This document shows positions 59,822 through 64,000 of a stretch of DNA of 64,000 bases, one piece after another; positions within the stretch are counted from its first letter, which is position 1, and each line of letters starts with the position of its first letter. Source of the stretch: an uncultured Gemmatimonadaceae bacterium (GTDB lineage Bacteria > Gemmatimonadota > Gemmatimonadetes > Gemmatimonadales > Gemmatimonadaceae); the NCBI GenBank assembly GCA_963781585.1, contig CAWAGQ010000008.1, forward strand, positions 320,001 through 384,000. Direction: 5' to 3'. The position numbers and the translations under genes are program-made. Below the pieces are notes generated by a model. The model saw nothing but the letters and a program-made list of their open reading frames with translations. It searched no databases and was not told where the DNA came from.

Positions 59822-60703
59822 ATGCCCGAGCTGCCCGACATCACCGTCTATCTGGAAGCGCTTTCGGCGCGGATTCTGGGCGCGCGGCTGAACGGGATCC
59901 GGGTGGTTCGCCCATTCGTGCTGCGATCCGTGGATCCGCCGCTCGCCCGGGTGGCAGGATGCCGCGTGGAGGGCCTGCGCCGAATCGGGAAGCGCATCGT
60001 GCTGGCGTTCGAGGGCGACATCTTTCTGGTAATCCACCTGATGATCGCGGGCCGGCTGCGCTGGCGCCCGCCGGGCAAGGCGATCCCGCCGTCTCTGGTG
60101 CTCGCCTCCTTCGATTTTCCGGACGGCACTCTGGTCCTGACGGAAGCGGGGAAGAAACGTCGTGCATCGCTGCACGTGGTGAGCGGGGAGGAATCGCTTC
60201 GCCAATTCGATCGCGGCGGCCTCGAGGTCTTCGACGCCTCAATGGCGGCGTTCGGGGCGCGCCTGCGGAGCGAGAACCACACGGTGAAGCGGTCCCTGAC
60301 GGATCCGCGTCTTTTCAGCGGCATCGGGAACGCGTACTCGGATGAGATCCTGCATCGAGCCCGCCTCTCGCCGCTCGTGCTCACGTCTCGACTCACGGAT
60401 GACGAGATCGCGCGCCTGCAGGCAGCCACAAAGCAGGTACTGGAAGAGTGGACGGCACTGCTGCGTGAAGAAACAGGCGGCGGTTTTCCGGAGCAGGTGA
60501 CCGCCTTTCGTGAAGGAATGGCGGTGCATGGTCGTTTCGGGAAACCGTGTCCGGTATGCGGCGCGCCCGTGCAGCGGATTCGCTACGCCGACAATGAGAC
60601 GAACTACTGCGCACGTTGCCAGACTGGCGGACGCCTCCTGGCCGACCGCGGACTTTCGCGGTTGCTGCGAGCGGACTGGCCGAGGTCGATAGACGATCTG
60701 TAG
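59822..60703 (+). CDS. Fpg/Nei family DNA glycosylase (MutM paralog)
   Basis: [19 protein letters not shown]2TH, CPVC...CARCQ zinc finger. Confidence 0.92.
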   Translation: MPELPDITVYLEALSARILGARLNGIRVVRPFVLRSVDPPLARVAGCRVEGLRRIGKRIVLAFEGDIFLVIHLMIAGRLRWRPPGKAIPPSLVLASFDFPDGTLVLTEAGKKRRASLHVVSGEESLRQFDRGGLEVFDASMAAFGARLRSENHTVKRSLTDPRLFSGIGNAYSDEILHRARLSPLVLTSRLTDDEIARLQAATKQVLEEWTALLREETGGGFPEQVTAFREGMAVHGRFGKPCPVCGAPVQRIRYADNETNYCARCQTGGRLLADRGLSRLLRADWPRSIDDL

Positions 60704-60734
60704 GTGCGCCGGCGCGCTGCCGCGACCACGGCGT

Positions 60735-62429
60735 TCACTCCCTGTTCAACATCGAATCACGTTTTGCCTTGAACTCCGTTCCGGGCTTCCACTCGGGCCA
60801 GGTGGTGCCTTGCGCGACCCGATACCCCACTTCGAACAGCAATCGCGCGTCGTCAACCGCACCGCTCAGGTCCCAGTCCGGTTTCACCTCGTCGCCTGGC
60901 TTGTGGTAGTCGTTGGCCGTGTATTCATCGCGCTTCGTCCTGCCATAGTCGGCCGGCTTCCCGATGTAGTCGATTCCGGCGTCGGTGTAGAGCGCGGGAA
61001 CACCCTGCTTCGCGAACTCGAAGTGATCCGATCGATAGAAGTAGCCCTTTTCGGGCTCGGGATCGGCAGACAGGGTGCGTTGCTGGGCCTCAGCGGCGGC
61101 GCGGAGGTCGTCGTCGAGGGAAGAGTTCCCGAGTCCGATCACCACGATGTCTGAAGTACGACCCCATTGGTTGATGCCGTCCATGTTGATGTCCGCGAGG
61201 GTGCGATTGAGCGGATAGAGTGGATGCTGTGCGTAATACTTCGAGCCCAGCAGTCCCTTTTCCTCACCGGTCACGGCGAGGAACAGAATGGAGCGTTTCG
61301 GAGCCGTGGGGAGGGCCCGGTAGGCCTTGGCGATCTGAAGCAGGGTGGCGACGCCCGACGCGTTGTCGATGGCGCCGTTGTAGATCTGATCGCCCTTGAG
61401 CGAACTGTCCCTGCCGAGATGATCCCAGTGCGCGGTGTAGATCACGTACTGGTCCTTCAGCGCCGGATCGGAGCCGTCGAGCTTCGCAATCACGTTCCTG
61501 GACTGGATCCGGCGGACCCTGTTCCGGAGATGGAAGGTCGCTGTGCCAAAGAGCGAGAGCGGAACGAAGCTCTTGTCGCGTGCGGCCAGTTTCACAGCAC
61601 CGAAATCCCGACCGGCTGCGGTGAAGAGCTCCCTGGCCTTGTCGGCGGTGATCCAGGCTTCAACGAGGACGCGACTGCTGGCGCCATCGTCGACAATGTC
61701 GAAGTTCTCCCGTGACCAGCTTCCCTTGACGACCTCGTACGGATATCCGGCGGGACCGGTCTCGTGCACGATGATGGCGGCTGCGGCACCATGGCGGCTC
61801 GCCTCCTCGTACTTGTACGTCCAGCGTCCGTAGTAGGTCATCGCCCGGCCCTTGAACATGGTGGAGTCGAGCGACGACGAATCGTCAGGATCGGGGATGG
61901 GCGGGTCGTTGACCAGGATCACGACCGTTTTCCCCTTGACGTCCGCGTCCTTGTAGTCGTCCCACCCGTACTCGGGCGCGACGACGCCGTAACCGACGAA
62001 CACGAGATCGGAGTTGACGACATCCACCTGGGGCTGGTCGCGCCGCGAGACCGCGACGAAGTCGTCGGGAAAAGACGCGCCGACCTTATAGCCGCGGAAG
62101 TTGAACGCCACCGTCGGCGTGCCGGCAAAGCCGATCATCCCCACGTTCTGAATGAACGTGCCGTCGGGATTCCCGGGCTGGAGGCCGAGGGCCTGGAACT
62201 GCCTGGTGAGGTAGGCAACGCTGCTGTCTTCGCCGACGGTGCCCGGGGCGCGTCCTTCGTAGCTGTCAGAGGCGAGCACCCTGATATGGCCAAGCAGACC
62301 GTTTGTGGAAATGCTGTCGAACCCGGGCTGCAAGGCGTCGCGACTCACTGCGGCTCGCTCGCATGCCGAGAGTGCACTGACCAGCACGGCGAAGGCGAAG
62401 AAGAGGGATGGAGTACGCATGGCTGACAT
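60735..62429 (-). CDS. M28 family peptidase with PA domain (lipoprotein)
   Basis: LSAC lipobox, [31 protein letters not shown]. Confidence 0.93.
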   Translation of the reverse strand: MSAMRTPSLFFAFAVLVSALSACERAAVSRDALQPGFDSISTNGLLGHIRVLASDSYEGRAPGTVGEDSSVAYLTRQFQALGLQPGNPDGTFIQNVGMIGFAGTPTVAFNFRGYKVGASFPDDFVAVSRRDQPQVDVVNSDLVFVGYGVVAPEYGWDDYKDADVKGKTVVILVNDPPIPDPDDSSSLDSTMFKGRAMTYYGRWTYKYEEASRHGAAAAIIVHETGPAGYPYEVVKGSWSRENFDIVDDGASSRVLVEAWITADKARELFTAAGRDFGAVKLAARDKSFVPLSLFGTATFHLRNRVRRIQSRNVIAKLDGSDPALKDQYVIYTAHWDHLGRDSSLKGDQIYNGAIDNASGVATLLQIAKAYRALPTAPKRSILFLAVTGEEKGLLGSKYYAQHPLYPLNRTLADINMDGINQWGRTSDIVVIGLGNSSLDDDLRAAAEAQQRTLSADPEPEKGYFYRSDHFEFAKQGVPALYTDAGIDYIGKPADYGRTKRDEYTANDYHKPGDEVKPDWDLSGAVDDARLLFEVGYRVAQGTTWPEWKPGTEFKAKRDSMLNRE

Positions 62430-62682
62430 CTGGAACGGGAGGGGTGATGGGTTCAGGTGGCCCGGGAATCGCACGGCGCATTGTCCCCGGGCCAGCGGGG
62501 ATGGCGCGAGGACGCAGGTGCACCATGACGCGCTGCGCCGGATTGGCCACTCGACGCGTACCCATACTGGTATTGCAATTCCGGCGCGGAGACAACCCGG
62601 AGCGGTCTCCAGCAGGCCGCAGCGGCTACATTTCGAGCGGCCGCGGGTTTCCGATACGCCACCATGAGCGGGACAATCACCC

Positions 62683-63147
62683 ATGTACCTTGTCGTCCTC
62701 GGGCTGCATAACCTGATGCGCTGGGTGGTGATCATTACCGGCGGCTGGGCGGTGGCGCTCGCCTGGCGAGGATGGCTGCGGCGCTCGATGTGGTCCGCCA
62801 GGGAATCGCGAGCAGCACGGGTGTTCGTGAGTGCGCTGGATCTGCAGCTGCTCCTGGGGCTGCTCCTGTACGCGGTGCTGAGTCCGTTGACGCGGCGCGG
62901 CTTCGCCGATATGGGCGCGGCGATGCGAGACCCCTCTGTTCGGTACTTCCTGGCGGAGCACGTCGCCATCATGCTGCTTGCCATCATCGTGGCCCACATG
63001 GGCGTGGCGAGAGTGAAGCGGGCCGAGGGTGACGCCGCGAAGTTCCAGACGGCGGCCATCTGGCTCGGCATCGCGCTCGCCGCGATCGTGGGGTTCGTGC
63101 CCTGGGCTCGGCCACTCTTGCCGAGCTTCGGAGGGGTTCCGGGGTAG
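62683..63147 (+). CDS. Hypothetical 4-TM membrane protein
   Basis: LHNLMRW, EH, H and PW; four hydrophobic helices. Confidence 0.75.
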   Translation: MYLVVLGLHNLMRWVVIITGGWAVALAWRGWLRRSMWSARESRAARVFVSALDLQLLLGLLLYAVLSPLTRRGFADMGAAMRDPSVRYFLAEHVAIMLLAIIVAHMGVARVKRAEGDAAKFQTAAIWLGIALAAIVGFVPWARPLLPSFGGVPG

Positions 63148-63222
63148 CCGAGGTGCACCGGGCCCGGCCCGGGGGAAAGGACGTCCGACAGCAGGCCGGC
63201 CAGGGTGGGGTATCTTACGGAC

Positions 63223-64000
63223 ATGCGAGGATTGTTCGTGGTGGGCCGGCTTTTTCCGTTCGTGATCTCGTTTCTGCGAGACCGACGCCGGTGGCTCATT
63301 GCGGGGAGCCCGATGGCTCGACCGGCGGCGTTTCACGAAGCACGCGCGGAGCGCCTGGTTGCTACGATCGCCGAGCTTGGACCTTCGTTCGTGAAGCTCG
63401 CGCAGGTCTTTTCCGCCCGTGCGGACCTGATCCCCGAACCCTACGTCAGTGTGCTCTCGTCGCTGACGGATCAGGTGCCACCGGTCCCCACTCCACTCAT
63501 CCGGCACGAGGTGGAACGCGCCTACGGCCGCCCGATCGAGGAGGTGTTCGAGCGCTTCGACAACGAACCGCTCGCGGCGGCGTCACTGGGTCAGGTCCAT
63601 CGCGCGCGCTATCGCGGCGAGGAAGTGGTGGTCAAGGTGTTGCGCCCCGGTGTGGAGGCGCTGGTCAGGAAGGATCTCGCAGCGGCGCGGCCGCTCATGC
63701 GGTGGCTCGAGCGCTGGTTCCCGAACGCGCACGTGCGAAACGCGCGGGCGGTGATCGAAGAATTCGCGGTTCGAATCTGGGAGGAGATGGACTTCGTGCA
63801 CGAGGCCGCCAATGCCGAAGAGATCCGGCAGAATTTTCGAGGGAATCGGCGGGTGCTTGTGCCTCGGGTGGTGCACGAACTCGTGCGTCCGCGTGTGCTC
63901 GTGCTCGAGTATCTGGAGGGCACGCGTGTGGACCGTCTGACGCCACCTCCTGGGAATGGGGCGCATGATCCGTACGGTGTGGTAAGCGGGGTGATGGAGC
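63223..64000 (+). CDS. AarF/UbiB (ABC1) atypical kinase, 3'-truncated (not in the ORF track)
   Basis: Translated by hand: [49 protein letters not shown]. Confidence 0.92.
   Translation, partial: MRGLFVVGRLFPFVISFLRDRRRWLIAGSPMARPAAFHEARAERLVATIAELGPSFVKLAQVFSARADLIPEPYVSVLSSLTDQVPPVPTPLIRHEVERAYGRPIEEVFERFDNEPLAAASLGQVHRARYRGEEVVVKVLRPGVEALVRKDLAAARPLMRWLERWFPNAHVRNARAVIEEFAVRIWEEMDFVHEAANAEEIRQNFRGNRRVLVPRVVHELVRPRVLVLEYLEGTRVDRLTPPPGNGAHDPYGVVSGVME

Noticed and set aside
60735..63299. 854-aa ORF as one protein
   Set aside because: The N-terminal ~290 aa are antisense to the 62683 and 63223 genes; the lipoprotein signal places the start at 62429 or 62420.

Overview
GC-rich bacterial chromosome segment spanning the replication origin. 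Gene content and order (GWxTD protein, orphan type IV pilin, M16 pair, PEP-CTERM protein) suggest Gemmatimonadota, but this is an inference. The core is rnpB> <dnaN [oriC unwinding region] <dnaA rpmH-rnpA-yidD-yidC-mnmE>. It is flanked by housekeeping genes: polA, cspA, pyrE, upp, holA, mutS, cystathionine beta-synthase, ddl, queF, tRNA-Phe and ahcY with an ArsR-methyltransferase regulator. Right of tRNA-Phe the content is more accessory: NAD salvage genes (pncB, a broken pncA, pnuC, an NadR-type kinase) and a small Thx ribosomal protein gene. The best candidate for an undescribed system is a tightly coupled five-gene surface-glycan operon (wecB, YaiO beta-barrel, unknown polytopic membrane protein, processive GT2, membrane-anchored bactofilin-like beta-helix protein). 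It is followed by a PEP-CTERM gene with a sigma-54-type promoter. Other oddities: a QueE-like protein lacking its CxxxCxxC motif near an insertion-bearing QueF, an rnpA with no canonical start upstream of its conserved N-terminus, a nested palindrome after the bactofilin gene, a PolA ExoIII Asp->Ser change, and many leaderless-type starts. No CRISPR array, rRNA, transposase or integrase was seen. All calls come from motif recognition by eye; no database searches were run.
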